Assembly: GCA_963803435.1 (NCBI GenBank)
Contig: CAWDML010000001.1
Span: 736,001-800,000, forward strand
Direction: 5' to 3'
DNA length: 64,000 nucleotides
Origin: an uncultured delta proteobacterium
GTDB lineage: Bacteria > Myxococcota > Kuafuiibacteriia > Kuafuiibacteriales > Kuafuiibacteriaceae
The position numbers were made by a program, and so were the translations under genes. Every line of letters starts with the position of its first letter. Within the stretch, counting starts at the first letter, position 1. Below the pieces are notes generated by a model. That model saw only the letters and a program-made list of their open reading frames with translations. It made no database searches and was not told where the DNA came from. Below are positions 32,826 through 43,518 of this stretch, piece after piece.

Positions 32826-33302
32826 TCATCCTCCGGTGCTCGTCTCCGTCATCTTGATCGCCTGCCAGGCGCCCTGGTCGTCGTCGGAGGTCCGAAGACC
32901 GCGCATTCCATAGAGCCGCGGGCGTTCGTCGCGCCCGGGCAGGATCCGGTAGAGGGCCCAGCCAGCGCCGTGCACCGTCCCCTCTCCGCAGGCGGCAAAG
33001 TCTTCCTCCCAGGTGAACTCGAGCAGGTTGGCCTTCGCCGTCCCGGAGAGGGTGCCCGAGACGGTGCACGTGTCGTCGGGCGGCTTCGGACGCACCCAGG
33101 TCCCCGTGACCGCGGCACCCGACTGCGTGAGCTCGAGCGGCTTGCCCATGTGGGTCGACTGATACTTGCCCGAGAACGTGTGTCCGGCCGGCATCGGCTG
33201 GCGCTCGACCTGGACGGCGACCCCGGTGGAGAGGTCGGCCCCCTTCCATACGTTTGGGGCGCAGCCGGCGGCGGCCAGGATCAGCGCAATCGTGCATCTC
33301 AT
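32826..33302 (-). CDS. Hypothetical beta-barrel-like lipoprotein
   Basis: AAGC lipobox; FSGKY...LELTQSG..VTGTW...GTLSG; ATGA overlap with the upstream oxidase. Confidence 0.65.
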   Translation of the reverse strand: MRCTIALILAAAGCAPNVWKGADLSTGVAVQVERQPMPAGHTFSGKYQSTHMGKPLELTQSGAAVTGTWVRPKPPDDTCTVSGTLSGTAKANLLEFTWEEDFAACGEGTVHGAGWALYRILPGRDERPRLYGMRGLRTSDDDQGAWQAIKMTETSTGG

Positions 33303-34898
33303 TCGGTCACCAGCTTCGAGATGCCGAGCCAATCGGTGAACGCGTTGTTGAAGATGCCCTGGCGGTTGAGATCGAGGAATACGTCGAGCCAGCTCTCGAA
33401 GCCGGGATAGGTCGTGGAGAGCCAGCCGGGCAGACCGGTCAGCGTGTTGATCTGTCCCCAGTGCGGCCGACCTCCAAAGCGACGGGCGGCGTCCTCGTAG
33501 CTCCTGAGGCTGTCCTCAATCCCGGGCGTGCCGCGGAGGATCGGGGTCTCGAGCATCATGGTGTCGCGGCCCGACATCATCGATAGATAGGAGCTGCTCC
33601 GCTTCACGAAGCGCATGGAGATCGGCGAGGTCTGGAGCCAACCCTTCGTCCGGTTCGCCGCGATCACCTCGAGGAAGGCGTCGACGGCGTCGAAGGCCTG
33701 ATCGATCCCGAAGCCGTACTCCGCCGAGAGCGCCTTGAAGTTGTTCGGCGCTCCGATGTTGAAGATCTGGTAGCTCTTTCGCGTGAAGGGTTGGTCGGAC
33801 ACCAGAGACTCGAGCGCGCGGTCGAGGAGCCAGGGCACCACCTCGGGGTGGTGCTGGATCATGAAGAGGATGAGGTCGCGGCTCATGGGACGGGTCGCGA
33901 GCCAGGAGATCGCGTTGCGGATCACGTCGTCTCGCGACACCTCGGTCCCGGCGGGGGCGGGATCGCGCAGGAGCACCACGCACGCGTGATCCCCGCCTGG
34001 GCCGGCATACGGATGGATCAGGATCTCGACATGCCGGTGGCGGCGGAAGAGCCCATGCTGGAGGAGCGGCTTGACCTCGCTCCAGATCGACGCCCGCCGC
34101 GTCTCCTGGATCAGATAGCTGGGTGCCACGCGGATGATCGCGGAGTGGATGATGCCCATGCAGCCCATCGAGACGGCCACGGCGCGGAACCAGCGGTCGT
34201 CCTGTTTGAGCTCGATCGATCCGTCGCCGTAGCGCCGATGAAACTTTCCAGGATCGGTGATGCCGTCCTCGGGCTCGACCCGGTAGACCTTGCCACCGGT
34301 GGTCACCAGATCGAGCGAGACGAATCTCGCTGTCGAGCGGGCCGATATCGATACCCGAGCCGTGCGTCGAGGTGGCCGCAGCACTGACGACGCACTGCAC
34401 GTCGTAGCCGCCCAGGTTCCTGAACCCGAGACCCGAGCGGTCGAGCGACTCGTTGAGCCTGCGGATGCTGGCACCGCAGGGCACTCGCACCAGCTCCTCA
34501 TCCGTGAACGGGTCCTTCCAGAGATCGTCCTCGCGATCGAGCAGCCCAGTGTCTCGCCCCTCGAGGAGCCCGCTGACGTCAGCGACCACGCCGCGCGTCT
34601 GGAGGATGTCCGAGAACGAATGGCCGGGGCCGACCGCCTTGATCCTCCCGCCCGGCGTCCGGCTCACCTCCTCCACGAGCGCCACCAGCTCCGCGCGCGT
34701 CTTCGGGTGCGCGATCCGCGTCCCGAACACCGGCTGGTTGCCTGCCCAGTTACTCCACGACGGCGACTGCGGCGCGAGCGGCGTCCTGAGGCTCTCCGCG
34801 CGCTCCGCGTCCCGGTAGGCCCTCTCCACTGCGGCGCACGCTTCCCCATCATCGGGGTCGGCGATCGCCCGCTGGAAGTACTCGGGGGTCGTGGGCAT
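33299..34898 (-). pseudogene. FAD-linked aldonolactone oxidase (ALO/GULO-like), split by +1 frameshift near 34324 (probably an assembly error)
   Basis: N-half in ORF 33516..35225 (WSNWAG, GPGHSFSD, NLGG, STHGSG); C-half in ORF 33299..34501 (VSMGCMG, EYG, MRFV, GGRPHWG); removing one T from GAGATTCGTCTCG joins them. Confidence 0.8.
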
Positions 34899-34988
34899 GT
34901 CCGATTGGTAGCGCCGTCTCGCGCGGCCGCCTAGCTGGCCAAACGGCCAAAGCTTGACCGGTGGGGACGAAGGCGAGAGGGAACGCGC

Positions 34989-35546
34989 ATGTCCCCCCAC
35001 CGCACCGCGCTCCTCGCCCTTCTCCTCGCCGCCGGTTGCGCGAAGGCCAGCCTCCACACCGGCGTCGACGGATCCAAGAAGATCTCCGAAATCGACGACG
35101 CCGAAGCCGCCCAGATCTGCGCCGCCGCCGCCGAGACCGTCCAGGACTTCTCCGACCAAAACCGCGAGGGCCTCTGCAAGTTCGCCAGCGCCATCGGCGG
35201 CTCCATCGCCATGGCCTTCGGCCAAGACGGCGTCGCCGTCTGCGAGATGAACGAACCTGAATGCCTCACCAACGACGACCCCCCCGACACCGGCGACTGC
35301 AACCCCAAGCTCGCCAACTGCGACGCCACCATCGCCGAAGCCGAAGCCTGCTACAACGACTCACTCGACGCCCTCCGCGACCTCTTCGGTGAGATCACGT
35401 CGAAGACCTGCGACGACCTCATCAACGGCGGCTCCGACGAAGCCGAAGCCGCCACCCTCACCCCGTCCTCGTGCCAGGCGCTCGACATGAAGTGCCCGGG
35501 GCTCGAGTTTGGGTTGTTCCGCGTAGGGACCAGCTCGTCGTCTTGA
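34989..35546 (+). CDS. Cys-rich hypothetical lipoprotein
   Basis: AAGC lipobox; TGVDGSKKISEI...C, CDATIAEAEAC. Confidence 0.7.
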   Translation: MSPHRTALLALLLAAGCAKASLHTGVDGSKKISEIDDAEAAQICAAAAETVQDFSDQNREGLCKFASAIGGSIAMAFGQDGVAVCEMNEPECLTNDDPPDTGDCNPKLANCDATIAEAEACYNDSLDALRDLFGEITSKTCDDLINGGSDEAEAATLTPSSCQALDMKCPGLEFGLFRVGTSSSS

Positions 35547-35555
35547 GGCGGCGAG

Positions 35556-37247
35556 CTACTCGATCGAGAACACCCCGTTGGCGCGCACCAGCGTCAGCGC
35601 AGGGGCCAGGTCGCCCTTCGCGCGGAGGTCCACCGGACGCTGATCAGCGACCGCTCCGTTGATCGTCACGGTGACCGTCGCGTTGGGGGTGGAGCGGTTG
35701 AGGCACGTCTCGGCGACGGCGTTCGCGAGGAGATCCGGGTCGATGCTGGTGCCGCCGTTCGAGAGGTAGTCGATCAGTTGGTCGGCGCCGAGGCCGAGCA
35801 GGGCGGCGGCGAGGGCGGTGGGGAGCGTGGAGCAGTCCTCGAGGTACGAGAGGGTTACGGGGTAGCGGCCGTCCTGCATGGCGTCGGGGAGGAGGATGCG
35901 CTCGGGGTTGTCCTTGGTGCCCTGGGCGCTCCAGCGGGGGTGGCCGTACGCGCCCCAGTCGGGGGCGGGATCCATCTTGCGACAGACGCGGCCGTCGGGG
36001 CTCTCGAGGATGAGGTCGACGTCGCGGAGGTCGGCGTCGAGGAACGTGTCCGAGTCGTTGTCGAAGCTGAGCTCGAGGGCGACCACGTCGCTTCCGGGGG
36101 CGGCCTGACCGCTTCCACTGAGTGGAATGGAGATCATCGGGAGATCGGGATCGTTGGTCTCGATCAGGAGCGTGTCGCTCATCGGGCCGGAGAGGGTGAC
36201 CTGGTAGACGACGTCGAGCTGGTAGACGCCGCCGGGACGGATGTGCGGGATGGGACGGGGGACGGAGAGGTCGGGATGACCGATCTGGAGGTGCCGTTCG
36301 GCGATCAGCGGCGAGCGACCCGTGTTCTGGAGCGTGACGTGTCCGGAGGCGGTCATCCCCAGCGGGACGGAGCCGAAGTCGATGGCGGCCGGCATCACCG
36401 AGACGTCGGGCGGATCCTTGGCGCCGCTCAGGATCACGAGGACGGGATCGCCAGTGGCGGGGGTCACCGTGAGGGTGGCGGTGTGGACGTCGTTCATCGC
36501 GGGCGCGTAGCGGACCATGAGCGCGAGCCGCGCCGACGGCTCTTCGCGCGCAGCGGGCAGCTCGAGCGGCGAGAGCGGGCTGGGCGTGAAGCTGAACGCG
36601 GATGAGCCCGCGAGGGTGACGGCGTCGATCCCGAGGGGCGCCGTTCCTTCGGAGGCGTTGATGACCTGCACGACCCCCTCGCCGGTCCGCCCCACCGGGA
36701 CGTAGCCGAAGTCGATCGCGTGCGGCGTCACCACCAGCGCCGGACGGCCGACCGACTCCGCAGAGAGCGGGATCGAGCGCTCGGGTCGATCGAGATCGGA
36801 GCTCGACACGATCAGAGTGTCCGCGAGCGAGGCCGGCGGTCCGGGCGCGACCAAGAGATCGAGCGAGAGCGTGCGGCCGGGGAGCACGTCGCGCGGGAGC
36901 GCGACCTCGGCGCAGGACGCGCAGGCGAAGCGGGAGGTCGGCCCACCGGCGACGGTGACCGCGCGGAGCTGGAGCGTGCAATCGCCGGTGCTCTCCAGCT
37001 CGACGGTCTGCTCGACCGGAGCGCCCGCGACCGCGCCGAACTCGACGGTGAGCGGACGCACCTCGAGATGCGCCTGCGTCGAGCCGCCCTCGGCGCACGC
37101 GAGCTTCGCCGGCGGGATGCACTCGGTCTGGTGGCAGACCCGCCCGCCGCCGCAGTCAGTGTCGAGCTGGCACTCGCCGGCGGGGAGGCTCTCCACACCA
37201 CAGCCGGCGACGATGAGGAGCAAGCAGGGGAGCCGGCGGCCTCGCAC
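35556..37247 (-). CDS. Lipoprotein with three choice-of-anchor D (ASH-like) repeats and a YfaP/DUF2135-like C-terminal domain
   Basis: VAGC lipobox, CQLDTDC..GRVC motif, three 'V.P..idFG.V' repeats, DVDLILESPDG...NPERI...GRYPV. Confidence 0.72.
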   Translation of the reverse strand: MRGRRLPCLLLIVAGCGVESLPAGECQLDTDCGGGRVCHQTECIPPAKLACAEGGSTQAHLEVRPLTVEFGAVAGAPVEQTVELESTGDCTLQLRAVTVAGGPTSRFACASCAEVALPRDVLPGRTLSLDLLVAPGPPASLADTLIVSSSDLDRPERSIPLSAESVGRPALVVTPHAIDFGYVPVGRTGEGVVQVINASEGTAPLGIDAVTLAGSSAFSFTPSPLSPLELPAAREEPSARLALMVRYAPAMNDVHTATLTVTPATGDPVLVILSGAKDPPDVSVMPAAIDFGSVPLGMTASGHVTLQNTGRSPLIAERHLQIGHPDLSVPRPIPHIRPGGVYQLDVVYQVTLSGPMSDTLLIETNDPDLPMISIPLSGSGQAAPGSDVVALELSFDNDSDTFLDADLRDVDLILESPDGRVCRKMDPAPDWGAYGHPRWSAQGTKDNPERILLPDAMQDGRYPVTLSYLEDCSTLPTALAAALLGLGADQLIDYLSNGGTSIDPDLLANAVAETCLNRSTPNATVTVTINGAVADQRPVDLRAKGDLAPALTLVRANGVFSIE

Positions 37248-37299
37248 ATGACCAGCGTCGTTAGCGTCGGACCCGGTCGTCAAGTAGGATGGCCCGCCC

Positions 37300-37818
37300 A
37301 TGAGCCGCGCTTACCGCATTCAGTGGCGCACCGCGAGCCGTCGCATCACCGCGGAGGACGAGGTCTCCATCGACGTCGCTCTCCTCGGCATCCTTTCGGA
37401 GGAGGAGATGCGATCGCTCCTCGACGCGGAGCTGATCGCGGAGGGCTGGCACCGCAAAAAAGGAACGCTGGTCCGGGACTTCGACGGCGCCACCGCAGAG
37501 ATCGACGCCGAGCGGAAGACCGTGACCATCCACGTCGAGCGAACGAGCGAGGTGACCGCCCGCGGTCACACCGACGACGAGGCCAAGCACAAGGCCGACG
37601 CGCACGCCAAGCAGTCGAAGGCTCAGCTCGACGGTCAGGTCGTGGCCGAGATTGCCGAGGCCGAGGCCGCCGTCCGCGAGAGCATGCAGGGTGCCTTGCA
37701 GAAGGTCTATGTCACCGCGCTCGAGGCCAAGGCGCGGAAGATGGGCGAGGTCGAGAGCATCGATCGCCGCGAGAACGAGGACGGCGAGCTCGAACTCATC
37801 ATCAAAGTGAAGGTGTGA
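37300..37818 (+). CDS. FtsH ternary system small component (fvmX-type), helical C-terminus
   Basis: MSRAYRI start; first gene of the operon with FtsH-like AAA and MoxR. Confidence 0.65.
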   Translation: MSRAYRIQWRTASRRITAEDEVSIDVALLGILSEEEMRSLLDAELIAEGWHRKKGTLVRDFDGATAEIDAERKTVTIHVERTSEVTARGHTDDEAKHKADAHAKQSKAQLDGQVVAEIAEAEAAVRESMQGALQKVYVTALEAKARKMGEVESIDRRENEDGELELIIKVKV

Positions 37819-37819
37819 C

Positions 37820-39917
37820 GTGAAGAGGATGGTCGAGATCGAGTCGCTGCCCACCGACCTGCGCGTCGAGGACGCGGTCGAGGCGGCGTGCGCGGAGGAC
37901 ATCACCTTCGTCGAGTCGCAGCTGCGCCGGGGGATCTCTGTGCTCGTCGAGTGCGAAAAGGAGCTCTCGCTGTTCTTGTATCTGGCGATCCGCGCGCGCC
38001 TCCGCCGGAACAAGCAGGACTCGCCGCGCCTCGTGATCGTCGACGGGCGTCCCGACGAGCGCGCCGCCGAGGAAGGCCCGCCCCGCTCCGGTCTCTCGCG
38101 TATGCTGCAGCAGCTCACCGACGCCATCCGCGGCAGCGTCGAGCGGACGATCATCGTCCTGTTGCACCTCGACATTCTCACGACCACGCACACCGGCCTC
38201 ACCTTCGAGGCGAGGGAGGCGATCCCGCTCCTGTACGAGAACCCGGAGGCGGTGCTGCTGGGCTTCCGCGATCCCAGCTTCGAGATCCCCAAGGTGATCC
38301 AGGGCGTCTTCGCGGCGCGGCGGGAGATCGTGGGCGTCCCGCGCCAGGCGCTCCCCCAACTGATCACGCAGCGCGAGGCGAAGTCGATCCAGTCGGACGA
38401 GCTCGATCCCTTCGTGCTCTACAAGTATGTCTCGGGGTTGAACCCGGTGCGGCTGCGCAAGCTGCTCGCCGGGCTCACGCACAAGCGCGAGGCGACACCG
38501 AACCGGCCGGCCTCCGACGCGATCTATCGCGAGATCCGGCGGCAGACCGTCCGCGAGGACGTCGAGCTCCCGAACGTGGACCTCGAGGGGGACATCGGCG
38601 GCTACCCGGAGGTGAAGGCGCGGATCCGCGAGGAGCTGATCGACCTGGTGCTCACCAAGGATCAGCTCCCCTCCGAGGAGGAGATCCAGGCGCTGGAGGC
38701 CCTGCTCCCACGGGGCGTGATCTTCCACGGACCGCCCGGAACCGGAAAGACGTTCTTCGCCAAGGCCATCGCGACGGCGCTCCACGCGACCGTGACTGGT
38801 GGTGTCCGGACCGGAGCTGAAGTCGAAGTGGGTCGGCGAGAGCGAGGAGAACCTTCGGCGGATCTTCCGCCAGGCGCGGCAGGCCGCCCCGTCGGTGATC
38901 GTGTTCGACGAGATCGACGCGTTCGCGCACGCGCGCGGCACCTACGAGGGCTCGGGCGTCGAGCACTCGATGGTGAACCAGCTCCTCACCGAGATGGACG
39001 GCTTCCGCAAGAACGAGATGGTGTTCGTCATCGGCACCACGAACTTCCTGGAGAGCCTCGACGCCGCGCTGCTCCGTCCGGGCCGGTTCGAGTTCCTCAT
39101 CGAGATCCCAGCGCCCAGCGTGGAGGACCGGCGCGAGATCCTCGCGATCTACGATCGCAAGATGGACCTCGGTCTCGGCGAGGAGCTGATCGGCCACCTG
39201 GTGCGGCGGACCGAGGGCTGCGCGGATCCCGAGGCCGGCATCCCGTTCTCCGGCGACCATCTCTATGCGATCTGCCGCGCGCTCAAGCGAGCGGTCTTCC
39301 GCGAGGGCAAGAAGACCTTCACCGTCGCAGACGTCGACAAGGCGCTCCAGCGGCGCACGCGGCGGCCGATCGTCCTCTCCAAGGAGGAGGAGCACGTGAT
39401 CGCGGTTCACGAGGCCGGTCATGCGATCCTGGCCATGCTGATCGAGAAGGCCACACCGCCCGAGCGGATCTCGATCCACGCCGACATGCAGGGCGCGCTC
39501 GGTTACGTGCTCCGCGCCGCCCGCGCCCGCCCCTACGCGATCACCGCGGACGAGATGCGCGCCGACGTCTGCGTCGGTCTCGGCGGCTATACGGCGGAGC
39601 GGGTGGTGTTCGGCGATGTCTCCATCGGCGCCTACCAGGATCTCCAGCAGGCGAACGACATCGCGCGTGCGATGGTGGAGGAGTTCGGCATGTCGCCCGA
39701 GCTGGGCGTGCGCGTGGTGGTGGCGCGACAGGCCGCGTTCTCCGAGGAGCGCAAGGGTCGGATCGATCGAGCGATCGAGTCGATCCTGAAGGTGGAGCAG
39801 GAGCGGGCCGAGGCCACGATCCGCGGGCATCGGCCGCTGCTCGACGCCATGGTGGCCACGCTGCTGGAGAAGAAGGTGATCGACCGGGCGGGAATTCAGG
39901 GGATAGTGCATGGCTGA
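37820..39917 (+). CDS. Soluble FtsH-like AAA+ ATPase/M41 Zn peptidase with +1 frameshift at ~38795
   Basis: GPPGTGKT in the first frame; SGPELKSKWVGESE, FDEID, TTN...LLRPGRF, HEAGH, GGYTAE, GAYQDL in the second; deleting A38795 gives TVLVVSGPE; no TM helices. Confidence 0.85.
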
Positions 39918-40170
39918 GGTGACGATCCGGTTTCGTTTCAATCGCAAGACCGGCCAGAAGGACATCGTGATCTCGTACGAGTCGGAGGAGGATGCGCTCC
40001 CCCACGAGCACGAGCGCGACCACCGGGCCCTCGCCGAGCAGCTCCTCGGCCGGAGGCTCGACGACGACGTGGGCGACATCGTGGTGGAGCGCGTCACCAA
40101 GCAGCAACCGGTGGCCGAGGGCGAGGCGGAGCCCGCAGGCCGCCGCGCCGGGATCGAGGAGAAGGGCTGA
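39910..40170 (+). CDS. FtsH ternary system small acidic component (fvmX-type)
   Basis: MAEVTIRFRFNRKTG...YESEEDALPHEHERDH; overlaps the FtsH stop. Confidence 0.7.
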   Translation: MAEVTIRFRFNRKTGQKDIVISYESEEDALPHEHERDHRALAEQLLGRRLDDDVGDIVVERVTKQQPVAEGEAEPAGRRAGIEEKG

Positions 40171-40173
40171 CGC

Positions 40174-43100
40174 GTGGTCTACGGCCTGAGGCTCGCCGGC
40201 ACCGTCGCCGACGCGGCCGCCCTCGAGATCCTGGCGACCGCGTGCCCCGAGCTGGTGGAATCGTCGTGGTGCACCATCGCCGAGCCCGACGGACGGGGCA
40301 GCGCGCTCTTCTGTGAGGCGCTCGAGCGCCGGCGAGCGCGGGCCCTCGCGGATCACGGCGTGGAGGTGGTCCGGATCGAGGGCGGTCCCCAAGGCTTCAC
40401 CGTGGAGGCGCCCGGCGACGGCAAGATCGAGTCGTGGCCAGCGGAGGTGCGCCGGGCCGAGACGCTGCTCGAGGCGCTGCGTCCCGTTCCCGTCGACGGC
40501 GATCCGATCGCCACCGAGGCGCTGTTCGTCGTCGGAGGCTCGGCGCGCCCGCTCCTGGAGCGTCTCCTGCTCCTCGGCCGTGACGACGCGCGGGTCGTCG
40601 AGCTCGAGGACGGCGGCACGCGCTTGTTCTGCGTGAGAATGACCGCGCCGCCGCTCTACCTCCTGATGCGCGCACGGGATCAGCGGGAGGAGCACACGGT
40701 CGCCTATGCGTCCGCGGGGACGCCGCGCCTGTGGATCGAGTGGGGGTTCATGCATCCGCTGGCTCGGATCGCCGCCCGCGCGGTGGAGCACACCGACAAG
40801 AGCGCGCTGATCGACGCGAGCGGTCGCTGGCGGTTCGGACCGCGGGAGCTGGCGGGGCGGAGCATCTTCGACGCGGTCGAGCCTGCGCTCCCTGCCGATC
40901 GTCTCGATCTCACGCCCTCGCCCGATCGGACGCGCTTCGTGGTCCAGCTTCGGTTCGCCCCCGGACCGGAGCACGAGCCCGATCTCTGGCTCCTCGACGC
41001 CGACCGATTCTTCTCGCTGGAGCACTTCGTCCAGGACGCCGGCGACGAGGAGATCCGACGCCTCACCGTCGCCCGCCTGGATCGCGGCGACGGCCGTCCG
41101 CTCTATCTGTTGCGCGAGCGCATGAAGCCGGGCGTGACACGCTTCGGCACCCGGCTCTCCGATCTGGTGGGCTCGCGCGGCTTCACGAAGAACACCGCGA
41201 CCGACAACCTGTACCTCCCCGTCGGGCGGCGGCTCGTCCCGAAGGTCGGCCGCGAGGAGCTCCGGCGCCTGCTCTCGCTCGAGGACGCCATGCTGGTGAT
41301 CGTCGACGAGGATCGCGACGGCCCCAAGGTGCTCCGGGTCCCCGAGGTCGAGGAGTCCTCGCTGGCGGAGTGGGTGCAGCACGTGGCCACGGATCGCCGA
41401 CTCGAGCTCGATCTCCTCCTCGAGCGCACCGTCTTCTCTTTCCCGCCGATGGACGTGGAGCGCGCAGCGGCCAGCATGAAGGCGCCGCCTGCGATGCCGC
41501 CGCCCGAGCCCGAGCCGCGCGTGGTCGGCAGCAAGCGGAGCAAGCCCGCGGTCGAGCCGGTGGCGGTGCGCGCGGAGCCGGACGAGCTCGCGCTCGACGA
41601 TCTCGCGGAGATCCGCGTGCAGGCCCGCGCCCTCGAGACCGAGCTGGCGAAGGGCGGCTCTGATGATCCCGAGGCCTGGCGGCGCCTGGCAGAGCTGGAA
41701 ACACGCCTCGGAGAGATCGACGAGGCCGCCGCGTGCCTGGAGAACGCCCTCTTCTTCGGGAGACTTCCCCGCCCCTCAGGCAAGCAGAGCACGCCTGCGA
41801 GCGGAGCAGGGAGCGCGGGCTTCACTCGCGCGGGCACAGGAGACCTGATCTCCGATCTTCGGGAGCTGAGAGCACGCACGTACGAGCACGCCGGCGTCGA
41901 TCTCGTCGATCTGGTCCTGAAGGACGGCCACGCCCCGCGGGAGGCCGCCTATCTGGCGGCCCGCTTCGTCGAGGCCGTCTCGCGCGGTGATCGTCTGATG
42001 GACGACATGGTGCAGGTTGCCTTGCAGACGTTCGCGGAGCCCGGCCTGCCGATCTCGCGTCGGATGGCCTGGGTCGCGCTCTCTTCGTGGCACAGGCGGG
42101 TCGACGACAAGCTCGGCCTCACCCGCGCCCGCGAGGCCCTCCTCGGCGCGCTCAACGATCGTGGCCTCTCCGAGCTGTACGATCTCCCGCGGTTCGTCCG
42201 CTATGCGCTGGCGCTCGAGGACGACGAGGTCGGCACGAACGGTGAGCGCAGCCGCGTCGAGCAGCTGGAAGCGCTCGAACGACTCCTGACCGAGACGTTC
42301 GGCCGGGTGTTGCCGGATTTCGACGTCATGGCGAACTTCGTGCGGGTCCTCTTCGCGATCGGCATGATGCGCCTGGGCGCCTCGGCGCACGCACGCGTGC
42401 TGGTAGCGTCGGTGGAGCACGAACTGCCCGCCCACGACGCGCCCAATCAGGCCCTCTATCGCCTGTATTTGGCGCGCATGGCCTTCGAGGGCGCGGAGAG
42501 CGATCCGTCGGCGTGGCGGAGCCAGGTGGAGCAGATCCTCTCGGCAGCGGACGAGCGCGGGCGGCGACCGGCGGCGTGGCTGGCCAAGCGCTCGATCTGG
42601 CTGGGCGCGACCGACGACAAGCCGGTCCCGCGGATGCGCACGCTGATCGACCGGCTCCTCGCTGCGGCCGAGGACGAGCGGGCCGAGCTGGGCGCGACGC
42701 TGACACGGCTGGCGACCGACCGCGTCTACCGCCTGTACGACTGGGAGCTGGTGGTGGTGATCGAGCGGCTGATGAAGGTGGCGCTGGCCACCGGATCGGA
42801 CGACGTCATCGCCGAGGTGCTCGAAGCCGCCCAAGCGCAGCTTCCCTCGATGGAGATCCTCGGCCATCGGGTCCGCGCGATCGCCGCCTGCCTGAAGGGC
42901 GCCGCCACCATCGATCATACGCAGCGGGTCGAGTGGCTCGTCGACCGGATCATCGAGGTCACCGCCGCCGCCGACGTGCCCTGGGTTCGCGAGCTGCTGC
43001 TGGCCGTCAACCCGTGCCTGTCGATCCTCCGCCGCCTGGGCGCGAGCGAGCCCGCCGCGCGACTGCTCGACTCGCTGGAGCCGGTACCGCTCCGCACGAA

Positions 43101-43518
43101 GCTGGAGAGCTCCCTGTTGTGGTCCACGCTGGCGGCGGGCTACCTGCAGCTGGGCAAGCGTGCCCGTGCGGACGAGCTGATCGAGCGCTCACTCGCGATC
43201 GTGTTCGACGGCGAGCTCGACTACGTCTCCCGCTTCGAGGGCGGCGCGCTGGCGATCGAGGTCCTGCGCCATTGGCCAACCTACGAGCGCGCCCTGCACT
43301 ACCGCCGCTACCTTCGCGGGCTCGAGCACTTCAAGGACCTCTACACCACCAGCGAGTGGTTCGAGGCCCACAAGATCCTGCTGCTCGAGAGGATCATCGA
43401 TGCGGTCGCCGACAGCGCCACGCGGCAGTCGGATCGCGTCCAGGCCTTCCTCGACCTCGAGGAGCACGCCGTGAGGAGCAAGATCATCCTCGACTGGAAA
43501 GAGCAATGTGGAGCCTAG
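40174..43518 (+). CDS. Large FtsH ternary system component with Pro-rich linker and TPR/helical-repeat C-terminus
   Basis: 1114-aa ORF in operon; WIEWGFMHP, NLYLPVG..LVP; helical repeats after PPAMPPPEPEP. Confidence 0.7.
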   Translation: MVYGLRLAGTVADAAALEILATACPELVESSWCTIAEPDGRGSALFCEALERRRARALADHGVEVVRIEGGPQGFTVEAPGDGKIESWPAEVRRAETLLEALRPVPVDGDPIATEALFVVGGSARPLLERLLLLGRDDARVVELEDGGTRLFCVRMTAPPLYLLMRARDQREEHTVAYASAGTPRLWIEWGFMHPLARIAARAVEHTDKSALIDASGRWRFGPRELAGRSIFDAVEPALPADRLDLTPSPDRTRFVVQLRFAPGPEHEPDLWLLDADRFFSLEHFVQDAGDEEIRRLTVARLDRGDGRPLYLLRERMKPGVTRFGTRLSDLVGSRGFTKNTATDNLYLPVGRRLVPKVGREELRRLLSLEDAMLVIVDEDRDGPKVLRVPEVEESSLAEWVQHVATDRRLELDLLLERTVFSFPPMDVERAAASMKAPPAMPPPEPEPRVVGSKRSKPAVEPVAVRAEPDELALDDLAEIRVQARALETELAKGGSDDPEAWRRLAELETRLGEIDEAAACLENALFFGRLPRPSGKQSTPASGAGSAGFTRAGTGDLISDLRELRARTYEHAGVDLVDLVLKDGHAPREAAYLAARFVEAVSRGDRLMDDMVQVALQTFAEPGLPISRRMAWVALSSWHRRVDDKLGLTRAREALLGALNDRGLSELYDLPRFVRYALALEDDEVGTNGERSRVEQLEALERLLTETFGRVLPDFDVMANFVRVLFAIGMMRLGASAHARVLVASVEHELPAHDAPNQALYRLYLARMAFEGAESDPSAWRSQVEQILSAADERGRRPAAWLAKRSIWLGATDDKPVPRMRTLIDRLLAAAEDERAELGATLTRLATDRVYRLYDWELVVVIERLMKVALATGSDDVIAEVLEAAQAQLPSMEILGHRVRAIAACLKGAATIDHTQRVEWLVDRIIEVTAAADVPWVRELLLAVNPCLSILRRLGASEPAARLLDSLEPVPLRTKLESSLLWSTLAAGYLQLGKRARADELIERSLAIVFDGELDYVSRFEGGALAIEVLRHWPTYERALHYRRYLRGLEHFKDLYTTSEWFEAHKILLLERIIDAVADSATRQSDRVQAFLDLEEHAVRSKIILDWKEQCGA

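Noticed and set aside
34989-36100. Strong C/G strand skew switch as a sign of foreign DNA
   Set aside because: Explained by C-ending codons in two convergent genes
38761-38820. Programmed frameshift in the FtsH-like gene
   Set aside because: No slippery sequence or evident stimulatory structure; a single inserted base explains it
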